Below, piece after piece: positions 38,601 to 52,100 of a stretch of 64,000 bases of DNA (positions are counted from its first letter, which is position 1; each line of letters begins with the position of its first letter). A model generated the notes under the pieces. The model was not told where the DNA came from. It made no database searches and saw only the letters and a program-made list of their open reading frames with translations. The stretch covers positions 712,691-776,690 of the forward strand of contig NW_018408700.1 in the NCBI RefSeq assembly GCF_002113885.1, given 5' to 3'. This stretch comes from Mizuhopecten yessoensis (Eukaryota). The translations under genes were made by a program, and so were the position numbers.

Positions 38601-41600
38601 GAGTATACGATTATGTGTGTTGGGCAGGTGTATAAGATTACGTGTGTTGGCAGTGAGTATAAGCTGATGTGTTGGGAATGAGTATAAGATTACGTGTGTT
38701 GGGAGGGAATATGAGATATTGTGTGTAGGTAGGGAGTATAAGATTACGTGTGTTGGGAGGGAGTATACGATTATGTGTGTTGGGAAAGAGTATAAAGTTA
38801 TGTGTGGAGGGAGGGAGTATAAGATTATGTGTTGGGAGGGAGTATGAGATTGTGTGTATACGATTACGTGTGTTGGGAGGGAGTATACTGTTATGTGTGT
38901 TGGGAGGCAGTATAAGATTACGTGTGTTGGGAGAGAGTATACTGTTATGTGTGTTGGTAGGGAGTAAAAGGGAATGTGTGTTGGGAGGGAGTATTAGATT
39001 ATGTGCGTTGGGAGGGAGTATAAGATTACGTGTGTTGGGTGGGAGTATAATGTTATGTGTGTTGGTACGGAGTATAGGATTATGTGTGTTGGGAGGGAGT
39101 ATAATATTATGCGTGTTAGGAGGGAGTGTGTTGGAGAGAGTATAATATTACGTGTGTTGGGGAGAGTATACGATTATGTGTGTTGGGAGAGAGAATATGA
39201 TTACGTGTGTTGGGAGGGAGTATACTGTTATGTGTGTTGGGAGGGAGTGTACGATTACGTGTGTTGGGAGGGAGTATACCGTTCCGTGTGTTGGGAGGGA
39301 GTATAAGATTATGTGTGTTGGGAGGGAGTAAACGATTACGTGTGTTAGGAGGGAGGGAGTATAAGATTACGTGTGTTGGGAGGGAGTATACTGTTATGTG
39401 TGTTGGGAGGCAGTATAAGATTACGTGTGTTGGGAGAGAGTATACTGTTATGTGTGTTGGTAGGGAGTAAAAGGGAATGTGTGTTGGGAGGGAGTATTAG
39501 ATTATGTGCGTTGGGAGGGAGTATAAGATTACGTGTGTTGGGTGGGAGTATAATGTTATGTGTGTTGGTACGGAGTATAGGATTATGTGTGTTGGGAGGG
39601 AGTATAATATTATGCGTGTTAGGAGGGAGTGTGTTGGAGAGAGTATAATATTACGTGTGTTGGGGAGAGTATACGATTATGTGTGTTGGGAGAGAGAATA
39701 TGATTACGTGTGTTGGGAGGGAGTATACTGTTATGTGTGTTGGGAGGGAGTGTACGATTACGTGTGTTGGGAGGGAGTATACCGTTCCGTGTGTTGGGAG
39801 GGAGTATAAGATTATGTGTGTTGGGAGGGAGTATACGATTACGTGTGTTGGGAGGGAGTATAAGATTACGTGTGTTGGGAGGGAGTATAAGATAATGTGG
39901 TAGGAAGGAGTATGAGATTATGTGTGTAGTGAGGGAGTATAGGATAATGTGTTGGGAAGGAGTATGATATCATGTGTGTAGGGAGGGAGTATCAGATTGT
40001 GTGTGTAGGGAGGGAGTTTAGATTATGTGTTGGGAGGGAGTATGAGATTGTGTGTTTTTGGAGGGAGTCTAAGATTAAATGTGTAGGGAGGAAGTATAAT
40101 GTTATGTGTGTAGGGAAGGAGTATAAGATTACGTGTGTTGGGAGTGAGTATAAGATAATGTGGTAGGAAGGAGTATGAGATTATGTGTGTAGTGAGGGAG
40201 TATAGGATAATGTGTTGGGAAGGAGTATGATATCATGTGTGTAGGGAGGGAGTATCAGATTGTGTGTGTAGGTAGGGAGTTTAGATTATGTGTTTGGAGG
40301 GAGATGAGATTGTGTGTTTTTAAAGGGAGTCTAAGATTAAATGTGTAGGGAGGAAGTATAATGTTATGTGTGTAGGGAAGGAGTATAAGATTACGTGTGT
40401 TGGGAGTGAGTATAAGATAATGTGGTAGGAAGGAGTATGAGATTATGTGTGTAGTGAGGGAGTATAAGATAATGTGTTGGGAAGGAGTATGATATCATGT
40501 TTGTAGGGAGGGAGTATCATATTGTGTGTGTAGGGAGGGAGTTTAGATTATGTGTTTGGAGGGAGATGAGCTTGTGTGTTTTTAAAGGGAGTCTAAGATT
40601 AAATGTGTAGGGAGGAAGTATAATGTTATGTGTGTAGGGAAGGAGTATAAGATTACGTGTGTTGGGAGTGAGTATAAGATAATGTGTTGGGAAGGAGTTT
40701 GAGATTATGTGTGTAGGGAGGGAGTATAAGATTATTTGTGTTGGGAGGGAGTATGAGATTGTGTGTTTTTGGAGGGAGTCTAAGATTAAATGTGTAGGGA
40801 GGAAGTATAATGTTATGTGTGTAGGGAAGGAGTATAAGATTACGTGTGTTGGGAGTGAGTATAAGATAATGTGGTAGGAAGGAGTATGAGATTATGTGTG
40901 TAGTGAGGGAGCATAGGATAATGTGTTGGGAAGGAGTATGATATCATGTGTGTAGGGAGGGAGTATCAGATTATGTGTGTAGGGAGGGAGTTTAGATTAT
41001 GTGTTTGGAGGGAGATGAGCTTGTGTGTTTTTAAAGGGAGTCTAAGATTAAATGTGTAGGGAGGAAGTATAATGTTATGTGTGTAGGGAAGGAGTATAAG
41101 ATTACGTGTGTTGGGAGTGAGTATAAGATAATGTGGTAGGAAGGAGTATGAGATTATGTGTGTAGTGAGGGAGTATAAGATAATGTGTTGGGAAGGAGTA
41201 TGATATCATGTGTGTAGGGAGGGAGTATCAGATTGTGTGTGTAGGGAGGGAGTTTAGATTATGTGTTTGGAGGGAGATGAGATTGTGTGTTTTTAAAGGG
41301 AGTCTAAGATTAAATGTGTAGGGAGGAAGTATAATGTTATGTCTGTTGGGAGGGAGTATACGATTATATGTGTTGGGAGAGAGTATAAGATAATATGTAG
41401 GGAGGGAGTTTAATGTTATCTGTGTAAGGAGGGAGTATAAGATTACGTGCGTTGGTAGGGAGTTTAAGGGAATGTGTGTTGGGAGGGAGTATACGATTAT
41501 GTTTGTTGGGAGAGAGTATAAGATCACGTGTGTTTTTGGAGGGAGTCTAAGATTAAATGTGTAGGGAGGAAGTATAATGTTATGTGTCTAGGGAGGGATT

Positions 41601-42410
41601 ATAAGATGATGTGTTGGGAAGGAGTATGAGATTATGTGTGTAGGGAGGGAGTATAAAGATATGTATGTAGGGAGGGTGTATACGAGTATGTGTTGGGAAG
41701 GAGTATGATATGAGATTATAGATGTAGGGAGGAAGTATACTGTTATGTTTGTTTGGAGGGAGTATACGATTATATGTGTTGGGAGAGAGTATAAGATAAT
41801 ATGTAGGGAGGGAGTTTAATGTTATCTATGTAAGGAGGGAGTATAATGTTATGTGTGTTGGAAGGGAGTATACGTTTATTTGTGTTGGGAGGGACTATAC
41901 TAGTATGTGTGTTGGGAGGGAGTATACGATTATGTGTGTTGGGAGAGAGTATAAGATCACGTGTGTTTTTGGAGGGAGTATAATAATATATGTGTTTGGA
42001 GGGAGTATAAGATTATGTGTTGGAAGGGAGTATGAGATTGTGTGTGTTGGGAGGGAGTATGAGATTATGTGTGTAGGGAGGGAGTACAAGAGTATGTGTG
42101 TTGGGAAGGAGAATAATACAAAATGTGTTGGGAGATAGTATACTATTACGTATGCGGGAAGAGAGTATAAGAGTATGTATGTTGGGAGGGAGTATAAAAT
42201 TATGATTATGGAGGGAGAATACGATTGTGTGTTTTGGGAGGAAGTACAAGATTATGAATGGTAGGAGGGAATATAAGATAATATTTTATGACATGGAGTA
42301 TAAGAATATGTATGTGTGAAGGGAGTATAAAATATATTTATGGAGGGAGTATAAGATTTTGTGTTTCGGGAGGAGGTATATGATTATACGTTTGGAGGAA
42401 GTATGTGGTT
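35500..42410. repeat. 27-bp G-rich minisatellite, block 2, with higher-order repeats
   Basis: Same unit; 503-bp internal duplication (~38860-39800) and ~262-bp HOR (39891, 40154, 40416, 40865, 41127). Confidence 0.95.
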
Positions 42411-42989
42411 TAATAAAAACAAGACAGTATTATGTTTAGCCTGGTCTTAAGGTTGATGCTAAGTCCAACCCTAGAATCCTGAAGTTATACAGTAGAGACG
42501 GTATTTTGTATTTTGTGCATTGAAGGTAGTATATGTTAAGTAATAAATGAATGTCATTCGTATGTAACAATGTGTAAATATAAAATGTTTGTTATCTTCA
42601 ATTGTTTGTTTTAAGCTGTTTACAATGTACACTTGATTGCATTTAGGTAGACAAATTAGACTTTGACGCCAACACAAACAATTTCGTTCAACCAAAAGTA
42701 GCAATCGATAAAATAGCATAGAAGCGGAGATCGGGGGTTCACACTCTGTGTGTCAGTGTTCTGATAAATAGAGTCAGAGTCCTACCGACTGTGGAACCAG
42801 CAACGGAAATATACCTCGTAAGAACACAGGAGGTAGTCGACCCTGTTCTAGCCGATGAATATTTATAAAATGAAAGTCATTTATGTGCAAATATTTCATT
42901 CCGCGTGTGTGTGAGATCAATAGGGTTGTTTCATTTCCTATCGGTTAATATTTTTCAGTTGATAATTTCCTAGTGCTCAGAGTTCAAGC

Positions 42990-43143
42990 ATGGGTACCAA
43001 CGGTAGCAAAGAGGCCAAAAAACCAAAGGAAAAGAACCCTGTGGATAAAAAAACGACACCCTTGGACAAACAGAAAAAAGAAAATGCCAAATTACTGGCA
43101 CAGCGGATGGAATCAGTGACGTCAACGGATGAACCAGATTCAG
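42990..43143 (+). CDS. Gene B first coding exon (MGTNGSKEAKKPK...)
   Basis: ATG in agcATGG context, donor CAG|gtaacc, phase 1 fits the next exon. A candidate acceptor tttttcag at 42951-42958 suggests an upstream UTR exon. Confidence 0.75.
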
Positions 43144-46100
43144 GTAACCTTTCTTCGATAGATCGTGGTCCGGTCCACGTACAAAACGCTGTAGTTTGAC
43201 ATAACTCTGTGTTCATTTCTCTGCTGCAATAGGTAAGGGTATCGATCTCCTGCATTTGATACATGCACAATTCCCATGAGACTGTTACACTGTACATGTA
43301 GCTGTCGTGCGGTCGAGAATGAATAATTATCCTATTACCTTACATACTCGTATGAACATGAGTTTTTTTGTGATTGATAACAATGGAAACGAGCTGGGTT
43401 AGGAGAAATCCTCGTTGACAATATGGTACTAATGTGTGTAGGTGGAAGGCGGGGAAATCATCCTTTTATGACCAATTGGTACAGTAATAGTGCGGAAGGC
43501 CCGAAGGCGGAGAAATCAACCACTTTCACAAATAACATAATATGGAAGAATGCGATCAGTTAATTATTTCATCATCCCCCACTGAATGTCGTATACCTAG
43601 TAATTACCTTGGTTATATAGCAAATAGCATGTTCAATTTAACCTAACAACACATCGATAAACGTGTTGCAAGCGTTTGCATAGCAGTGCTCAGTAGACAG
43701 TATCACTCTTGTACCTAGGTCGCTAGTTGAACCGGATTAGCTGTTCCTATTTTGAAAATTGCCGAAATAAAACACGGAGGATTACATAAACGAGCATGTG
43801 TTGATTTTTAATTAACATTTTTTAAATAAATTATTTTCGTTTTGAGCTTATTATTACTATTCTAATTTGTATCTCTCTTTCAAATGTTTCCTCTGTGTCT
43901 TCCGTTTAGGGGACACACGACGACTATGGCCGTTTTCGTTTAAACGACCACACCGGTCGGACCACAGTTGTTCGTTTATCAAATAATGTCGGACCTAGTA
44001 ATCTGATGCTGCTTTACCTGCATAAACATTTGCAGGTCCGCCAGGATTTATACCCGAAATTGTTACATTTATAAACGGTCAAACCGATTGTTCCGCATAA
44101 ACGAACAGGCCCTAGACCTGCTAATTCGAGGCTAGTCTCGCGTGTCCTCTCCTTACAGGACGTTACAGAGACAAAAAGTCCTGTTCTGATTCCTTGTTGA
44201 AGCACTTCGGATATCCATTGTTCCTTATATTTCCTTCCAAATCCTTTTCGTTTGCCTGGTTGCTATCTAGGCCCGACATTATACGGCCCTGACTGTTGCG
44301 AGTATGTGAGGAGCACAACCTCTATGATGCCTCAGCTTAATACCAGGCTGTCGGGATAATACAGGATAACATAACAATACGTTATATACATTTGTAATTG
44401 ATAACCTCTAATTAACATATCTATTTCTGATGTTGCAGTGGCTATAGAAGAGAACGCTCCTGTTGACGAGTATGATGGTTTAGGGGACAACATTTTTCCG
44501 TTTGAGAACCTTGTGTTTGAAGGCGGTGGGGCTGAAGGGGCCGGGTTTTGTGGTGCCTTAAAGGTTCTTATAGTTTTATTAAAAAATAATAAAAATATAA
44601 AAAAAATATACGTTTCAAAAATGTCCATACGATTGCATTTTAACCACTGTGATATAGTAACGAATTTATTGAAAGCTGGATATTCGAAAAATTTAATTGC
44701 TGCAATAATAATGTTACAAGGTATAGAAACATGTGTATGTTCTAAAATAAATATACAAACATTGATACTATATTACGCATTATAAGACACATATGTTCCT
44801 TTACAGTTGGAATATTGTAATATTTATAATACGAAAACTTAGATAGATATCTTTATTGTTGTCTATAAAACACAGACATGTAATTGACGAGAGACAGTGT
44901 GTCTACATATGTAATCACAAGTTCGTTTATTCTACCCACTTATTGCCAAAGGAATGCTGCATACCAACACATTTTATTAGTATTTGTAATTATCATATAA
45001 TGTACAATTTATACGTTCCATTCTGGCAATACTGAACATCAATTCTTATCATTGCATACCTGTCTTAACAAAGTAGTGAGATATTACATTATGTTTCCTA
45101 TAATAAAGGTTATCGAGGACCTTGGATTCATGCAGAACATTAAACGTTTCGCTGGGACCAGTGCTGGAGCAATTACGGCAGCTTTAGTGGCAGTCGGCTA
45201 CACTTCCAAGGAAGTAGACGAATTCCTCAGTCAAGATCTAAATACTATTTTATTAGGTAGGTAGAATCGGGTGAAATGTCGAAGGCATGCGTTGATTATT
45301 AGCCAGTGTCGATTAAAAACAGGGGGATCCATAGTTCAATAGTTATCACAGACGAAGGGGAAAATTGAAACCCAGAAAACATGCACAACACGCATCATAT
45401 AAACCAGTCCAAATTGTTTGAATGTTCTACGAAATATTGTCATGAAGTTCGGTTTATTTTTAATTATAAATTAAATTCGACAGACAAAGAAACTAAAACA
45501 AAAGTGTCCTTGATTCACATTTGATTAATTAAATCTGTAATCAATCATTTACGGCGAATCGACGTTGAAAGTTTTAAGACGATACCAGTTATACATGTAT
45601 GCCTTTTACCTTCAGATCATAAATGGGGCATTCTCAGCTTGTTACCGAGTCTGCGGAAGGATTTTGGTTGGAACCCTGGCAACCGTTTCTCTAACTGGCT
45701 CGGTGGGGTTTTGGCAAAAATTATGGGGGACCCGGATGTCACCTTCGCACAGGTAAGATACATACGAATATTGACCCAATAGGCAGAGAACAGATTCATT
45801 TCACATTAATACATTAGTGCAAATTATGTAAGCGTCCAAAGTATTGATGTTCAATCTGTTTTGTTCTTATGATTTCGATTCATCAATTTCCGCACGAATT
45901 GGCCCCGTCGACCGGTCGTCTCCGCTATTCGTATGCAGTTTTAATGACAATTCCACAGATAATGTGTACAGAAGCCGGACATATGTGTTTACAATATACA
46001 CATGAATATAACCTTACAAATTGAAACAGATCAATGCAGTAGTATATATCATTAAATAGAACAAACATATATACACTGTAAAGTTTATTTCTTAGTGTGC

Positions 46101-49100
46101 TACTAAAATGCATATCTTGTTTTTTTGTGGGAGTTCAAAATGTCTGCCCGATCGAGTATTTCTATTTTGGTTTGAATGTAAAAGTCCTAAGTTTGGGCTT
46201 AAATGTGGACGCTATGGTATTGATTTCAATTTGAAAGCTATAAAAGGATTATTGCGATATGTTTAAGAATTTGAAAATGTATACATCATGTATATGTATA
46301 AACTCGCTTTCCATTACAAGCTTTATCTGAGTTTGAACTCGAGTAAAATAAATACCGTGCCGTGTCGGTTACTTACAAATGGCACCTGGTCTGTCATGAA
46401 CCAGTTTGTCGAATGAGAGAAATATCTCAGACTGTTAACACACACCGGACAGGACACAGATAATATCGCATAAAACCTTAACAACTTCCGTCATACCAGA
46501 GATAACACAAATCACAAGTACCTGAAACATAACAACACAAGAGTGGAGAATAAATCACGTCAGTCTTCAATCTATAACTGATATTTGCAGCCCACTCGCC
46601 GAACATTTTACATATGAGATACTTAGTTTTCAGTTTTAGTTTTGTTACCTGCTGAAGATAAAATCAATAGTAAGGCTGGTATTGCATCACGAGGGAGATG
46701 TTTTCTGACGTATTTTCGTGGGATTATGTGTTGTCTCAAAGGTATATTCTGAAACGTGTGTGACAAAAATAAGATTTTTTATGGAAGTTGAATTGTTGCC
46801 ATTTAAATTAACAGTTCTCTGGGGGAGATCCCAGCGTCATTGAGCTTGCTTCGTTACGTCATATATTAGCTTTTCTCTCCGCCGCCGAGTTGCAATGCGA
46901 TAACTCTGAGACAACAGTAGTCGTCATGTCTTGTTAACGAGTGAATGTCGTGGGAAGGTAGACCATTCATCCGCTGTAAATGGGGAATTTGATGAAAGGA
47001 TATGCGCTACTATAGCATCAGTGTATATACTTAAGCTGAATTCAATTACGTCTGATGTTTTCATTCTCCTTATGCTAAAGACTCATGGCTAAAACAGAGC
47101 AAGAAACAAGATCAATACTCAATGTAAATGGCCGCCTTCATAAAACATCCTTCGAGGTCAACTTTGTGCGAGGGTCTATTTGCTCAAGGCTAGCTTTAAT
47201 TAACTCGATGTTTATATAACTATTACGTCTGCCACCAGTTTAAACTTAGGTGAGGAAAAAAAACCTTAACGCTTCTGGAATTTGAAATGCTCACCAATAG
47301 ACAATCGATGTGTGTGGATTTAATGATACCGTAATGGTTTTGAACGATTCAGAAAATGTTCCTATTCACAAGCTTATCAATCCGAGGTCAGGTCTGTTTC
47401 ATTAGAAAAAAACGTTTATTAAGTTATCTTGTATTCCAGCGATGTTCTGAAACTGTATACTTACAATATATTGTTTTTATAAATATAAGAGTATACTCGG
47501 ATCATAAAAAGTACACAAATAATTGTTTGTACATGGATTTTTTTTAAACGTAAGCTTTGTCTTGAGTCAGATAACACACTTTTGTCTCTATATCAAACGT
47601 CTTTAATTCACCAGGTCTAAGTTGTCTAGCTGATTAGTGTTTTTTTCTCAAGGCACACGTAGAATTTAGTTCACGTCTTACACAATCTTTTTTACGTATT
47701 TTACTTTTCTTAGCCTCAAACTTAGGCAGGCATCTTTAAACTTATTTAAAATTTGAAATACATCGTTTTTAACAGTTATGAGGGCATGCACATTGTTAGG
47801 TCAGAGGTCATATAACGATACATGTAGTACTGTTAAATTTACTACAAACTTGCTTTTATTGAATCATAACAACATTTTGAGTTGGTACTGTTATCTAGAC
47901 GGACTGCAACACCAATATAAATATTCATAAATGTTTAATTTATCAGATGGCTATAGTATTTGAGATTCAATGTATCGCTCACTATTTAAATTGATATTAA
48001 ACTAGACTGTGTAATGATTTGTTTCTCTCACGCAGAGTCCAAAATCACCTAAATTACATGCAGTGCATATGTACCAGGTTTGAACATACAATTATACATG
48101 TGCTTTTAGTGCTAGAAATGTACATAACTGCGATAAGGTCTGATATGTATTCATTGTGTATCATCATGCAGTAAGTGGCCATTTTATCTTTTGAATTGAA
48201 TGAAAAGATGTTACAAGGCTTAACATGCCTTCAACATCACCTGTGTTCGAATCAGCGTTAAGGTTGGCGCGACGAAAACATTCAGGTATACCCTTGCTAT
48301 CTGGTTTTTATTTTAATTATTTATCAATCTTTTTTAAAATGTCGCAAATAGTGGGGTCATTAAGGTTGATATTTTGTTCCTCACAATAAATCACAAATTT
48401 TCTTTATATATTATATTGTTCCCTTTCATGAATCATTCATAAATGAAACTGGTAACTTGATATATCCATCATTGAGGTGATTGAAAAGCCCATATCCTTC
48501 GGAATTAAATGTTTTCTGTGAACGGTTCTCAGTCCTGTTGGAGACATAAATGTAAACCAAACACTACATTGTAATGTATTCTGAAAACTAAAAACATCCG
48601 TGCATTAGTGATCGTACCGAGATCATCCGTGCTACCTCCTGAAAGGCAGGTCTTGTGTAATTAGGGTATATTGGTAAATGGTCATATATTCAATTCTAAA
48701 TATATATTAATGGGCACTATTATAAATCATGTAATTGAATGGTAATTTGGGCAACATGGACAAGCTACCCTTTATCTACAGGTGTTGGTGCCTCTGCACC
48801 ATATTTTGCAAGCAACTTTTTCTGTTTACTTTGAGAATGCATTATGTAATTATACTAAAATGTTTTTCTACTAATGCGAGTTTATATAAATAAATTATAC
48901 TTTATGATGTATTAATGCAATGTTTTGTTGTGTTATGTACATAGCTGGTAGTATACCCCTCATACGGATAATACCTTCATGTCAAAGCTGCAATTACATC
49001 GTGGACACAGGCATCAGAAAAATGTTTTTTCTTTTAGGAATATCACATATATATATTTATACTAGAAAAATGGCGTTTTTAAATCGTAATAAAAGCTAGA

Positions 49101-52100
49101 AGTTTGAATTCACTGTCAACATGTATAACACATTTCTCAAATATATACGGGACTTCGGTATTTCATGAGTATGTTAAGTTTGATAGTTTGTGCAACAAAG
49201 ACCTAGCTGCTATGTGTAAACGATGAGTATGACTGTGAATTAAACATAACTTGGCCACACTGTGAAGTAATTATACTGTGTTGAGCCGTATGGACATGAA
49301 AATCAATTACAGAGTTACGTTTAGACCTAACCCGATATAACATTAGACGTGTCAAGGATTTATACCAACTGTCGGTAAAATCTTAATCCCGAAAACGTTT
49401 AATAATACTCCCACTACACACTAGGGTAGGATCAAACATATACCATGTAACTGATTATCCCTGTGTGACTATTAACTGTAAGACTAACTGACGTCAAATC
49501 TCATCACTACAGAGATTTTGTGTCCGCTGTGTGATCTGTCTTCATGTAATACGTACGATTGGATGTTTTTTCACTTAGCTTGACAAAGTTAGACTACTGT
49601 CTGTTTTTTAATAAAAAGGGATTTATTACACCCGAGAGATACAGAACGTGATATAATTCTCGAGTGATGAAAAGTAAGGCACTAACTGTTTTACTGCATA
49701 CTTCCCAACTTGAACACACGAATGAGTGAGTGACCCTTTGCGTTTCATTCTGCAATCACTTTTCGGTGTACGGTATATTTTTCATATTATCCATAGTTGT
49801 TTAAAATTGTCTTTAACTACGAAATCTTAGTGCTGATGTAAGGAAACAGTGTTACAACCGCCACAAAAAATACAGATGTATAATGGATATTTGATATAAA
49901 GTCTCTACTTCAGAAAGGGTAATGGGGAAATTGTCAAAAGTACCAGGCCCCGTGAATTCATTGAAACAAGAGTATTCTGCTCCAGTCTGGAAGAAGGAAA
50001 TACGATATCACTGAGATAATTAGATTTCTGTTTTTGTTATTTTGACTTTAAGGACATTTTAACTTTTTTTTTACTTCACAGTATCATTGACTTCATGATT
50101 CTTGTCTTGTCTTTCTTCACATAGCCGTATATTTGTAAGTCCAATTCACATCACGCCCCTTTCTTGGTAGATTAATTGTGAATAGGGATATGCTATGTAT
50201 TGGACTGAGATAACATCTGATTTATTACACATGCTTTTCTATTATAAAAGGACATGAACTATGCAGTAAAGGTATCAGTGTATGTTCATTACCCCATCAT
50301 ATGGCTTGTCGCCAGAGACTCTGGTTTCCTCCTACCCTAAGACCCCCTGAGCGTTTCAATCGGAGCCAACAGACCCCTCCCTCCCCTCCCGCTACCTAGC
50401 GAGGAATTGTTAAGTCTGTCTACTGCATAGGGGACATTGGGTAAAAATCAGCTAATGCCCCAATTTCAACACTTTCGATTTTTACATTTTTGCCTTACTT
50501 TCCTATTCTGTCTTCTTGGCTGTGTCTCCTTGGAAACCCGCCTGTATATGACATTTGCTGTTGCGAGGACGTTTAACTCCAGAAAAGCAAACAAATCATT
50601 TACAAGTTCACTCGCTGTAAAATATGCATGATTTACTTCAGTCAAACAATTTGAATTTGATCAAAACATTTACCAGGTGTACCAGTTAACACACAATGAG
50701 GTCGATATTACATTGACCACATTGTAAAATGCACACGATGTGTTTCAGTTAAACAACTAACTAACAATATTCATATACACGATGTATTTCAGTTATACAA
50801 GAAAAGAGGAGTAGAACTTTGTGTAGTAGTCACCAATGTCAGCCGCATGACGGAGGAATATTGTCATCCGAAAACAACACCTCACATGCCGATCCGGACA
50901 GCAGTACGAATGTCTATGTCCATTCCAGGTATATGTCCCATGTTCCACGAATTGATCACAAAAGGCGAGCAGCCTGTAGCTGATCAATCATATGGATTGT
51001 GTTCTCATTCATTTAGATCATACGGACCAGTGTTTTATAGGATTGTAACTGTATGTGTGATTTGTATAGATCAAAAGGACCACTGTTCATAAGCTAATGG
51101 ATGGTCGTTCTCTTTCAAGTTGTACCTTTATAAGCGTTCGAGCATTTCATTTGTGCTATTTATCATAACGATGATGTATTGGGAAATTTGTTAAACAATT
51201 TACACAAAAAGACAAAGCAAAATCGTTTCGTGATTAAGACTCTGTAAATAAATAACCTCCAGATGAGTAGAACTATCAATTACTTATTGTTCTCGAGGTA
51301 CATATTTTAGTGTTAGGCATACAATGATATATCAATGTAATTATACGAATTATGTGCATGTAACACTATAGAAGATTAATATAGGTACATGTATATACAT
51401 TACATGTATGGTTTACAATAAACGACAAGAGAATATCGAAGTGTCAACATAGCCATAATTTGAACTCAAAATAGATAAAACTTACGCAAAATATGAACAA
51501 TTTTTTTTTTAACATAGAGACCATTAACAAAATACAAGTAGAATAAGACCAGGTATACCAGAAGGGTAAGCGTGTTCTGTTTCATTGACGAAACCCGCAA
51601 TGTAAATCTATATCAACTCCAAACAATGTAGATTGATATAAGTATAGAACATAGTTATATATGTTATACCATATAATACTAATAAAGTTATATAAATTAC
51701 ATGAATGCTATACAATAGTTGATTAATATAGTTATTCCCTTTCAGTTTTATTTCAAGCGGTGAAATACGATAAGGCCGGCGACGAGGATGTGTTTGTGGA
51801 CGGTGGGATCATGTGTAACTTCCCTATACACTGTTATGATGGTAAATGTCTAATAAACTGTTTTGATTATTAATTTACTCTATATATTGTTGTAATGGAA
51901 ATTAATCCATACATCAATATGATGGTAACAACCAAATACAGTGTCATTATGCTATCTTCATATTTACTTTGTTTAATAATCATCCAATACTGAAATATGA
52001 CACAGTATTGACGGAAGCTTACTTATAAAGTATTTCAATAATCCCTCTCCTATGCATTGTTTTGGCAACTACTTTTTCATGTATTACAGGGCTACGAATC

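Noticed and set aside
32091-42249. Many long ORFs (LCVLGGSIR / CVGREYKIM / PPNTHNLIL repeats)
   Set aside because: These are translations of a 27-bp satellite, open in several frames and on both strands, with frequent frameshifts and no coding signature.
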